Positions 1-7,731 of a stretch of DNA of 64,000 nucleotides are shown one piece after another. Both the position numbers and the translations under genes were made by a program. Numbering within the stretch: position 1 is the first letter of the stretch; each line of letters opens with the position of its first letter. The DNA is taken from assembly GCA_016212855.1 (NCBI GenBank), contig JACRDP010000009.1, positions 89,275-153,274 of the forward strand, given 5' to 3'. The notes beneath the pieces are model-generated. The model was not told where the DNA came from. It was given only the letters and a program-made list of their open reading frames with translations, and ran no database searches. Origin of the DNA: Elusimicrobiota bacterium. Its GTDB lineage: Bacteria; Elusimicrobiota; Elusimicrobia; UBA1565; UBA9628.

Positions 1-375
1 TCTCAACGGCCCATACCGGCTCCTCCGGGAAGCGATCTGACCTCGATCAAAGTCATGGGATGTTTTTTGGCGAAGACTTTGGGCGCGAGTTATGTGCCCG
101 TGGCGTTGACGGCTTACCGATTGGAGACCGACTGGCCGATGATCCCCAATCCGCCTCCGCCGACGATTTCCCGCTCCCTCCCCAAGATTCTTCATGATCT
201 GGACGTCGAGGACGTTCTCGTTGACTTGACGATCTTCAACGCGCCTTCGGGAGGCCGCGATCAACGTTTTCAGGTGGATTTCCAGCTTCCCGATATTCGG
301 CCGGTGGATCACTTCCGCGCGCTGATTTTTGTGGATCACTCTCCTCCGGCACGGATGCTGAGGCGACGTTCCTGA
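1..375 (+). CDS. hypothetical protein, probably 5'-truncated by the window edge
   Basis: Track ORF 55..375. The same frame has no stop codon back to nt 1, so the gene may start upstream of the window. No motif recognised. Confidence 0.3.
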   Translation, partial: SQRPIPAPPGSDLTSIKVMGCFLAKTLGASYVPVALTAYRLETDWPMIPNPPPPTISRSLPKILHDLDVEDVLVDLTIFNAPSGGRDQRFQVDFQLPDIRPVDHFRALIFVDHSPPARMLRRRS

Positions 376-456
376 CGGACGCGCCGGCCGCCGCTTCAAT
401 TTAGCTTGAATGTCCCGAGTGGCGGAACTATAATACGCAAGTCTCAATGGAGGCCG

Positions 457-729
457 GTGAAATACAAGATCAAGGACTTGATCGTCTCCGTGTCAATTTT
501 ACCCCCCAAAGGCCGTTCAAAAAAGTACGTGCATTACCTCGCATGCGGCAGTTCATGCGGCAACACGTGCGACTGGAACCTGTCAGTGATAACGCGAAAT
601 CACGGAAGCGCCACCGAGGAGATGTCGTTCTATAGCGCGCTTGAGAAGCAGCTTGCCTCTCATCTGGCTCGGTTGAAGAAGAGCAACGTGACCCGCAAGA
701 AGCGGTTGAAGTTGCGCAAGAAATCGTGA
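457..729 (+). CDS. small Cys/Ser/Thr-rich peptide, candidate lanthipeptide-type RiPP precursor (paralog 1, 90 aa)
   Basis: Track ORF 406..729 (TTG). I prefer the in-frame GTG at 457 (GGAGG at 449-453) because it reproduces the N-terminus (V/M)KYKIKDL of the paralog at 758. Middle segment is ..HYLACGSSCGNTCDW... The C-terminal block TRNHGSATEEMSFYSALEKQLASHLARLKK plus a K/R tail is shared with paralog 2. Lies directly upstream of the kinase-LanC gene. Confidence 0.55.
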   Translation: MKYKIKDLIVSVSILPPKGRSKKYVHYLACGSSCGNTCDWNLSVITRNHGSATEEMSFYSALEKQLASHLARLKKSNVTRKKRLKLRKKS

Positions 730-757
730 GGCCCGGCTCCAATAGTCGAGGGGACAA

Positions 758-1093
758 ATGAAATATAAGATCAAAGACTTAATGGTGTCGATGGTGGCTT
801 GGCCTTCCCAGGGCTCCAAGGGTCCGATAAAACACTACATGCAGTACCTCGGAAAAGGCTGCGATGGGCCCTGTACCTGCTACAGTGTGACCTGCGGCAA
901 CACTTGTGGCAACACCTGCGACTGGACTATTTCGCACGCGACGAGAAACCACGTCAGCGCCACGGAAGAAATGTCGTTTTATAGCCAGCTCGAAAGGCAG
1001 TTGACGTCTCATCTGGCTCAACTGAAGAAGCGCAGAGCCTCCCTCAAGGGCCGCATCAAATCGTCGAACAAGCCGAAGCGCGCTAAACGTTAG
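758..1093 (+). CDS. small Cys/Ser/Thr-rich peptide, candidate lanthipeptide-type RiPP precursor (paralog 2, 111 aa)
   Basis: ATG preceded by GAGGGG. MKYKIKDLMVS... Middle segment GKGCDGPCTCYSVTCGNTCGNTCDW has 6 Cys. Conserved C-terminal block TRNHVSATEEMSFYSQLERQLTSHLAQLKK plus a basic tail. Paralogous to 457..729. Confidence 0.6.
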   Translation: MKYKIKDLMVSMVAWPSQGSKGPIKHYMQYLGKGCDGPCTCYSVTCGNTCGNTCDWTISHATRNHVSATEEMSFYSQLERQLTSHLAQLKKRRASLKGRIKSSNKPKRAKR

Positions 1094-1097
1094 CGGC

Positions 1098-2222
1098 TTG
1101 AGATCGCGCCTGGCTGGATCGCGGGGAATCGCTTCCCTGTCATTCCGTTTGAGTTCCGCAGTCCGGCTCGAGAAGATCCCGCGATCCGCTAAGGCCCTCT
1201 CTGCCAACCATGCTCGTGACGAGATGATCGGTCTAGTCGTGCGGGCTGACAATGCCCTGCACGTTCCGGTAACGGCGATTAATCTCGAGGTCTGGAATCT
1301 CCTGACCGGCCTTCGGGGCGCCCCGGAGGCGGATGCGGATACCGAGCGCCGCGAGATATTGCGCCGGCTCGTCATGGGTGATATTGTCGAGGTCCTCATC
1401 GACGGGGTGTGGCAGAGCGGCCCGGCGCCGCTCGCGAAAGCGCGCGATCCGCATGCTGCTGATGATGGGATGGAGCTTCGGCGACTCTCCGCCGAGGCGA
1501 TCATGTTGGCATACAAATCTCCGCGTGAGCACTCGTGGGAGCTTCTCAACCTGCTCTACTATTTCAACCGCGCACCTTTGTCACCGCGTTTGAAGCGGTC
1601 GTTGCCTGACGAGGCTGCTTGCCTACGATTTCTGGGTATCGCCAACGGCTCTTGCCGAATAGGCGGAAGGCGCTTCGACTTGCCTTTGCGACTTTCGCAC
1701 AACGGACGGGGATGGCGGACCTGGCGCCGCCAAGGAAATGGGCCGACTCGGCAAGTGATGGATGCAAGGCATAAGGTCTATATCAGTCCTCAGCTAGAGC
1801 AATTGCCGATGGTCTTTCGAACGACTTGTGCGCTCGCGTTTGAATCGAGCGCGGCATCCTTAAAAATCGGCGCGAGCCTGACCGAACTGCTTCGGCCGGA
1901 CAAGATGGTCGTCTATTTCGCGCGAGCGAGCGACGCCCAGGCTTTCGCACGTCGAGTCCTCACGAAAATGCCGCATGTCCGGGCGCAAGGCGTCCCGTTT
2001 TCCTGGCAATTCGGATCGACAGCCCTCGTGTCTCTCGGCGTCGATCCACTTGGGGCATCCGGCCATAGCTGGCGCACGTGGGTTTGCGAGGCTATCTCCA
2101 CCGCGATTTTGAGCGCTCGTCGTAGGGCCTCCCTCGATCCTCAGGCTTTCGTGTCGCGGCGCCTCGAGGCGATCGGTGTCGATACCGAGAGATGGATGCC
2201 GAAGACCTCGTGCCGGCTCTGA
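1098..2222 (+). CDS. HopA1-effector-like protein, candidate phospho-Ser/Thr lyase partner of the adjacent kinase-cyclase
   Basis: 374-aa ORF starting 4 nt after peptide 2. The start is uncertain (TTG 1098 or ATG 1224). The C-terminal half (HKVYISPQ...SLKIGASLTELLRPDKMVVYFARASDAQAF) resembles, from memory, HopA1-family proteins found in class V lanthipeptide clusters. No search was run. Confidence 0.4.
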   Translation: MRSRLAGSRGIASLSFRLSSAVRLEKIPRSAKALSANHARDEMIGLVVRADNALHVPVTAINLEVWNLLTGLRGAPEADADTERREILRRLVMGDIVEVLIDGVWQSGPAPLAKARDPHAADDGMELRRLSAEAIMLAYKSPREHSWELLNLLYYFNRAPLSPRLKRSLPDEAACLRFLGIANGSCRIGGRRFDLPLRLSHNGRGWRTWRRQGNGPTRQVMDARHKVYISPQLEQLPMVFRTTCALAFESSAASLKIGASLTELLRPDKMVVYFARASDAQAFARRVLTKMPHVRAQGVPFSWQFGSTALVSLGVDPLGASGHSWRTWVCEAISTAILSARRRASLDPQAFVSRRLEAIGVDTERWMPKTSCRL

Positions 2223-4638
2223 TAGCTTGAAAAATTTTCTCGATATTGAAATTGATCTAAGTCGGGATCGTTGGCTTCTCCCAAAAGATCTCCTAGTGAC
2301 GCCGATCGAACGTTTCGGCGATAAGTTCGTTCGCAAAGCACTTGGTCGGCCGTTAAGGCGAGGCGAGGGCGCGTTCGTGGCCAGCCGTGCCTTGACGCGC
2401 TCCGATCCGAAGCTGCTCGGCATCGAAGCGCGCGCCTTACTGGAGCGATTCCGCACACCCAGAACTCTCCTGCAGGCCGTGCTGGATCTCGCGGCGGAAC
2501 GGGGGGCGAGCCCCCAAGAGGTACTTAAGGACATCGCCGAGCCGGTCCGGCGTTTTATCGGTGATGGCTTCCTCATAAAATCCGGGCCGCAGAACTCCCT
2601 AACAGGCGGCGTTATCGTCCAGACGCTGCGCGTGGGCCAGCTAGTTCGCGGTCGCCGGGTCATGCGTTGCGTACGTCCGATGATCGATGTCGAGCTTTAT
2701 CTCATCGAAGGTTCCGGGAACCGGCGATGCGCGCTCAAATTGCTTCGGCCACAGTTCCATTCACCGAAGGCAGGGATGTTCGCGAACGAACAGCTGCGGA
2801 GGGAGCGGGCTGCCTTGGAGCAACTCGCTGGGACCGCGGCCGTGCGGCTGGTCGATGCTGGTGATTGGAAGCGCCGGCCGTTCGTGGCAGTCGAGTGGAT
2901 CGATGGTCCGAGCGTCGAGTTGTCGGCCCGAAGGATTCGCACGAGCGGCGCTTCTCCGGTTTCGCGCCAATCTCAGCTTCTGCGGCTCGCCGACGACGCT
3001 TTGGCGGCGTTGGAGAGCATTCACGCGCGGGGCTATTTACACGGAGATATACATCCCCAGAACCTGATTCTCCAGGGGGACCGGGTCCGCGTCATCGATT
3101 TCGGTCTGGCCCGGCGTATAGACGATTTAAGCCGCCCTCCGGTAGTCGGCATGGCCGGGGTCCTCGAGTTCATGCCGCCCGAGGCCGCACGCGCGATGCT
3201 GGACGGCAAGGATTATTATAGACGCACCATTCGTAGCGAAGTGTACTCCGCGGGAGTACTGACTTTTTTCATCCTGACCGGCAAGCTGCCGCATAAACTG
3301 ACGGTACATAGGCGAAAGGCCATCATCGATCTCGCCTCATTCTTGCCGCTTGCCTTTCATCGCCCATTCATTCCGAAGGCAATCGAACAGGTGCTGCGAC
3401 GAGCTCTCGACAAGACTCCCCGGCGGCGCTTTCCGTCCCTTCGGTCCTTCCGCCAAGCCCTCGAACAAGCTACGGCGCCACAAACGTCGGCACCCGCAAT
3501 CAAAACCGGCTCTTTCGCGCACACCCGGAGGGACCTGGACATTATCAGGAGGAAGGTGGGCCTCTTTCTGGAAGGTGTTCGGAAATCCGATCATCGGTCG
3601 CTGTCGCAGTCACTTCGGCCGCCACGCGCCTCCGTCGGTTTTGGTGGCGGTGGCGTGGCTTACGCTCTGCTGCGCGGCTCCGAAGTCTTCGACGACCCGG
3701 GTTTGCTGACGGCGTCCATGAGTTGGATCGAGCAGTGCCAGGCTGGCCTGGATCTCCGATCCGGAATCTACTCGGCTCCCGCAGGTATGACGGCGAAGAC
3801 CATCAATCTCGGGTCTGTCCTTTTTTCAAGGACAGGGCTATCGGCCGTCGAGGTCTTGATCGCAGAAGCCTCAGACATGGCCTCTTCACGTGAACAGGCC
3901 CTGATGCGGGTGAGTTCGACGATTGAACCCGCTTTGCGGAGCTCATCAGACCTCTTTCTGGGGCTGCCAGGCTGGCTTGCTATGGCGACGATACTCGCCA
4001 AGCGCATGGAAGATCCGCGCGCGCTGTCGTGGGCCGGAATCGCGGGACAGACGCTGTTGGATCGCACTCGAACCGACGGCTATGGCGACAGCGGCCTAGG
4101 CCTGGCCCACGGAAGAAGCGGCGTGCTATTTTCACTCATCCAATGGGCCCGAACGGCAGGCGTTGAACTCCCACCGTCGGTCAAGAATGAGACTTTACGC
4201 ATCGCAGAACCGGTCTTGTCCGGCGCCGCACATCCCAGAGAGGCCGGCCCATGGTTTCGAGCGGAGCTGCGCGGGACTCTGTGCAACGGCCTACCGGGCC
4301 TAGCGCTTTTTCTTTCGCGCGCCTACGAGCACTACGGAGATGAAACGCTCTTGGCCGCGGCCCGAGCGGCGATTACGGCAAGCGGACCACATTCCGATCA
4401 CACAAACGTATGCTGTGGCATCGCCGGACGCGCCTACGCTTTGCTGTCCGTCGCCCGGGTGGATCCGAGCGGACCATGGCGCGACCTAGCGCTCAAGCTC
4501 TGCCTGCGTGCGCTCGAGAATCCCTACTCCCGCCCATGGCCCTACGGATTGCTAAAGGGAGCGCCGGGGATCGTCTGTCTTGCCCTGGACATGCTCGACA
4601 CCGATACGACACCTGCTTGCCCGTTCCTGGAAACGTAG
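2176..4638 (+). CDS. Ser/Thr protein kinase domain fused to a LanC-like cyclase domain (lanthipeptide-synthetase-like), with an extra ~130-aa N-terminal module
   Basis: Kinase motifs: CALKLL (Lys), YLHGDIHPQNLIL (catalytic loop), VIDFGLAR (DFG), MPPEAA (APE). LanC-like motifs: GLAHGRSGVLFSL, LCNGLPGLALFL, CCGIAGRAYALL, GLLKGAPGIVCLAL. The start is uncertain (2176, overlapping the upstream ORF by 47 nt, or in-frame TTG 2227). Confidence 0.8.
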   Translation: MSIPRDGCRRPRAGSDSLKNFLDIEIDLSRDRWLLPKDLLVTPIERFGDKFVRKALGRPLRRGEGAFVASRALTRSDPKLLGIEARALLERFRTPRTLLQAVLDLAAERGASPQEVLKDIAEPVRRFIGDGFLIKSGPQNSLTGGVIVQTLRVGQLVRGRRVMRCVRPMIDVELYLIEGSGNRRCALKLLRPQFHSPKAGMFANEQLRRERAALEQLAGTAAVRLVDAGDWKRRPFVAVEWIDGPSVELSARRIRTSGASPVSRQSQLLRLADDALAALESIHARGYLHGDIHPQNLILQGDRVRVIDFGLARRIDDLSRPPVVGMAGVLEFMPPEAARAMLDGKDYYRRTIRSEVYSAGVLTFFILTGKLPHKLTVHRRKAIIDLASFLPLAFHRPFIPKAIEQVLRRALDKTPRRRFPSLRSFRQALEQATAPQTSAPAIKTGSFAHTRRDLDIIRRKVGLFLEGVRKSDHRSLSQSLRPPRASVGFGGGGVAYALLRGSEVFDDPGLLTASMSWIEQCQAGLDLRSGIYSAPAGMTAKTINLGSVLFSRTGLSAVEVLIAEASDMASSREQALMRVSSTIEPALRSSSDLFLGLPGWLAMATILAKRMEDPRALSWAGIAGQTLLDRTRTDGYGDSGLGLAHGRSGVLFSLIQWARTAGVELPPSVKNETLRIAEPVLSGAAHPREAGPWFRAELRGTLCNGLPGLALFLSRAYEHYGDETLLAAARAAITASGPHSDHTNVCCGIAGRAYALLSVARVDPSGPWRDLALKLCLRALENPYSRPWPYGLLKGAPGIVCLALDMLDTDTTPACPFLET

Positions 4639-4957
4639 CGTCCCTAGGACCCGGTCCCGGAGACGGAATTTCTAGTGCGCTCCAACTAAGAGCAGCCTCA
4701 CCCAACCATCGTAGCCCGCCCCCGCAGGAGCCCACCATCGTCCCAGGGGCTCAATTTCCCTCAAACAACCGCACGCCGCCTCAAAAATCGTTCCGCCGGG
4801 CATAGTCCGTCCGGCCCTTTCATGCGGGCCACTCGCTTGGAAAGTCCTGCCTCCCTTCCCTGTCTCAGCGCGGGTCCTCCTGGCTTCTCAACTCCCCCCG
4901 CTCAGTGCTCCCGCTCATCCAGGATAACTGCTGTGTCCCGTTTAAGTTACACAAGCC

Positions 4958-6406
4958 CTAACGATTCAACGCCGGATTCAAACGCACGGCCTCGCGCATC
5001 TGCGCGAGGCCGTCGCTTTTATGGCCTTCGCGAACCAGGAGAAGGCCGAGGTTGTAGCGGGCGGACGCGAAGGACGGGTCGTTCGGCTTGAGCTCGACGG
5101 CCTCGCGAAATAAATAGATGGCGCGGGCCGGATCGCGCTGTGCGACGATGGACGCGAGGTTCACGCGCGCCTCGGCGTCGCGCGGTTCGAGACGCATCGC
5201 GGCTTCAAGGAACGGGACGGCGGCGGCGCCGCGGCCGGCGACGAGCAAGGCGACCGACAAATTCGAGTTAGGCAGATACGCGTCGGGCTGAATCTCGACG
5301 GCGCGGCTCCACAGCGAGACGTCGTCTTTCCAGAACGAGGATTGCCGGATCGTCGCGACGGACAGCGCGAGAGCCGCGCCGTAGAGGACCGCCAGCGATG
5401 TCTGTTTTTTTAGACGGTCCAAACCCAGGCCAAACAAGACGGCGAAGGGCAGGCACGCGAGATACGAATAACGATCCGCGGCGGCTTGGCGTCCGTTCTG
5501 AAGCAGGCCGGACACCGGCGCCAGCGCGATAAGATAAGAAAACCAAACGGGCACAGCCCAGGATCGTACGCGTTTGTGGAAACAGAGGACTGTGACGAGC
5601 TGGGCCAATAGGGCTCCGGGGTACGATTCTTGTCGTATTCCGTCGCCGTTCAAAGAGAGGGCGTAGTAAGGAGAAAGATTGATCGGCATGAGCGTCTTCG
5701 ACAAATAGAACCACGCCCCGTTTCCTGCGACGAGAATTCGATCGAAAAGCCCCAGGTCGACGGCATGCACGTCTCCGGTTGAGAAGCCGCCCAGGTTTTT
5801 ACACGCCGCGAAAAGGCCGACGACGGCGTGTGGAATCAACTGCTTGGCCGACTTTCGATCGAGCACGAATAGAAACGGCAAAACGGCGATGGCCGTGCCC
5901 TTGGACAGAACGGCGAACACGAACGACAGCAACGAAATGTGTTTTCTATTCTCGAGCCACGCCCAAACGGACAGCACTGCGAAGAACCCCGACAAGACGT
6001 CGCGCCGTTCCGTAATCCAGACGACGGATTCCACTCTTAACGGATGGAGAGCGAAGAATAATGCGGCGCCTGCGGCGCCGTAAACAGAAGAGAACGCGCG
6101 CCGGCACGTCAGAAAAACGAGCGCGGCGGTCAGTGAATGAAGCAAAACGTTCGTTCGACGGAATGCAGAGGCATCCAACCCCCAAAGACTATAATCGGCG
6201 CCCCAGGAAAACCACGACAACGGCTGCCACGGACCGTAATGGCGCGTGCTCCACATCCATTTAATATTTGCCCACGACATGCCGCGCCACTTGTCGTTGT
6301 TCAGAAGATTGGCCGCGTCGTCCCACTGAAGGAATTTGGCCGCCGGCGCGAAACTGAAGACGACGAAGACCGTCAGCGCGATGAACGCCGGCGCGTATTT
6401 TTTCAT
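4958..6406 (-). CDS. TMTC/PMT-like GT-C membrane glycosyltransferase with C-terminal TPR repeats
   Basis: Multi-pass hydrophobic N-terminal two thirds with HPLRVESVVWITERRDVL (DUF1736/TMTC-type motif). C-terminal TPR-like repeats (..AEARVNLASIVAQ.., ..ARYNLGLLLVREG..). ATGA overlap with the upstream gene. Confidence 0.6.
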   Translation of the reverse strand: MKKYAPAFIALTVFVVFSFAPAAKFLQWDDAANLLNNDKWRGMSWANIKWMWSTRHYGPWQPLSWFSWGADYSLWGLDASAFRRTNVLLHSLTAALVFLTCRRAFSSVYGAAGAALFFALHPLRVESVVWITERRDVLSGFFAVLSVWAWLENRKHISLLSFVFAVLSKGTAIAVLPFLFVLDRKSAKQLIPHAVVGLFAACKNLGGFSTGDVHAVDLGLFDRILVAGNGAWFYLSKTLMPINLSPYYALSLNGDGIRQESYPGALLAQLVTVLCFHKRVRSWAVPVWFSYLIALAPVSGLLQNGRQAAADRYSYLACLPFAVLFGLGLDRLKKQTSLAVLYGAALALSVATIRQSSFWKDDVSLWSRAVEIQPDAYLPNSNLSVALLVAGRGAAAVPFLEAAMRLEPRDAEARVNLASIVAQRDPARAIYLFREAVELKPNDPSFASARYNLGLLLVREGHKSDGLAQMREAVRLNPALNR

Positions 6407-7731
6407 TTACGCACCCACAGCCGTCCGCAGCCCGAAGGTTTGTAGTAGCGATCGAACGTGCGGGTCATCGACTCCGGCATCCTCTTGAGACACGACTCGC
6501 AGCGGATCGCCGCGCTCGTGCGCGCAGCGGCCAGGGCGTCGTTCAACTGCTTTTCGAGCATCGGCGGCTCGTAATAGTTCTGCGAGTCGTCGGGCACGAA
6601 CCAGAGGTAGGCCGCGTGAGGGCGGTGGAAGGCGTCGCCGCTCCAGATGTCCCAGACGGGCGCGTCCTCGGGCAGGAGCGCGCTGGTACAGCGCCAGCGC
6701 TCGCGCTGGAGCTCGTTGCCCATGCGGATGAGACGGACCGCGTTAGAGCCGGGCAGAACGAGCGAGAGCGCGAGCGCGGCGGCCGCGAGCCGGCGGTCGC
6801 GCCAGGCGAACAGCTCGCGCGCGGCGAAGCCCGCGAGGAAGGGCGCGACGTAGAGCAGATGCTGGGGATAGGCGGAGGGCGTGACGGCCAGGCCGGCGAG
6901 GCCCACGGCGAGCGCGCCGGCTTCCTCCGGACGCTCCCGCCAGCGCCGCAGGCCGGCGAGGCCGAGCGCCCACATGAGCGGATCGGAGAGAAGCGAGGGC
7001 CGCATCGTCGCGATCCAGGCGACGCGCGCGCCGGGATAATGCGCGTTATACTGGACGTACCAGCGCCACAAGCTCCAAAAGCCGTCGCGCACCGCGAAAT
7101 ACGCCGTGCCCGTTCCCACGACCACCGCCCCCCCCAGCACAGCCTCGGCGAAGAAGCGCGCGTCCCGGCGCCGCCACGCGCACCCGGCGAGCAGGCCCGC
7201 CGCCGGGAACACGGCCTTGGGCGAGAACCACAGCGCCAATCCGAGCAGGACCCCCGCCGCGGCCGCCGCGGCGCGTTCGGTACGGCTCAAGACGAACGCG
7301 GCCGCGACGACCAGAAAGGCGGCGGGCATGTCGGGGCGTATCTCGAGCGATTTCTGCGCGAACGCCCCGAACCAGGCGAGCCAGGCCGCGGCGAGAACGC
7401 CTTCGAGCCGGTCGCTTCCCTTGCGCGGGCGCGCGACCAGCGTCAAAGCGCACAGCCAGAACAGCGATATGAACAGGCGCCCGGCGAGCGCCTTCTCGAC
7501 CGGGTCGGACGGTTGAGAGACGACCGGGGCCAGCGCGGCGGCGAGGAGCGGGCCGTGATGCTCGAAGAAATCGCGGAAGGGAAGATTGCCGTGGGACACG
7601 AGCAAGGCCGCGTGCAGATGGGCGAGCTCATCGGTGTCGTAATAGCGGTGCAGCGCGAGGCCCGCGCGCAGCGCCAATGCGCCGAGCAGGACGGCCGCGA
7701 GGCCGGCCCAGGCTCGTTTCCTCAGGGACAT
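6403..7731 (-). CDS. GT-C fold membrane glycosyltransferase-like protein (ArnT/PMT_2-like)
   Basis: The track ORF runs to 8154, but that part overlaps rsmA and is Arg-rich junk. I start at ATG 7731 (MSLRKRAWAGLAAVLLG..). N-terminal DTDELAHLHAALLVSHGNLPFRDFFEHHGPLL, then many TM segments. Confidence 0.5.
   Translation of the reverse strand: MSLRKRAWAGLAAVLLGALALRAGLALHRYYDTDELAHLHAALLVSHGNLPFRDFFEHHGPLLAAALAPVVSQPSDPVEKALAGRLFISLFWLCALTLVARPRKGSDRLEGVLAAAWLAWFGAFAQKSLEIRPDMPAAFLVVAAAFVLSRTERAAAAAAGVLLGLALWFSPKAVFPAAGLLAGCAWRRRDARFFAEAVLGGAVVVGTGTAYFAVRDGFWSLWRWYVQYNAHYPGARVAWIATMRPSLLSDPLMWALGLAGLRRWRERPEEAGALAVGLAGLAVTPSAYPQHLLYVAPFLAGFAARELFAWRDRRLAAAALALSLVLPGSNAVRLIRMGNELQRERWRCTSALLPEDAPVWDIWSGDAFHRPHAAYLWFVPDDSQNYYEPPMLEKQLNDALAAARTSAAIRCESCLKRMPESMTRTFDRYYKPSGCGRLWVRK

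Noticed and set aside
4639-4957. 320-nt C-rich non-coding spacer after the kinase-LanC gene, examined for a tRNA, sRNA or small ORF
   Set aside because: I recognised no cloverleaf-like arms, no convincing hairpin with a U-tract, and only low-complexity Pro/Ser/Arg ORFs (4410..4805, 4822..5091). I treat it as the island boundary only.
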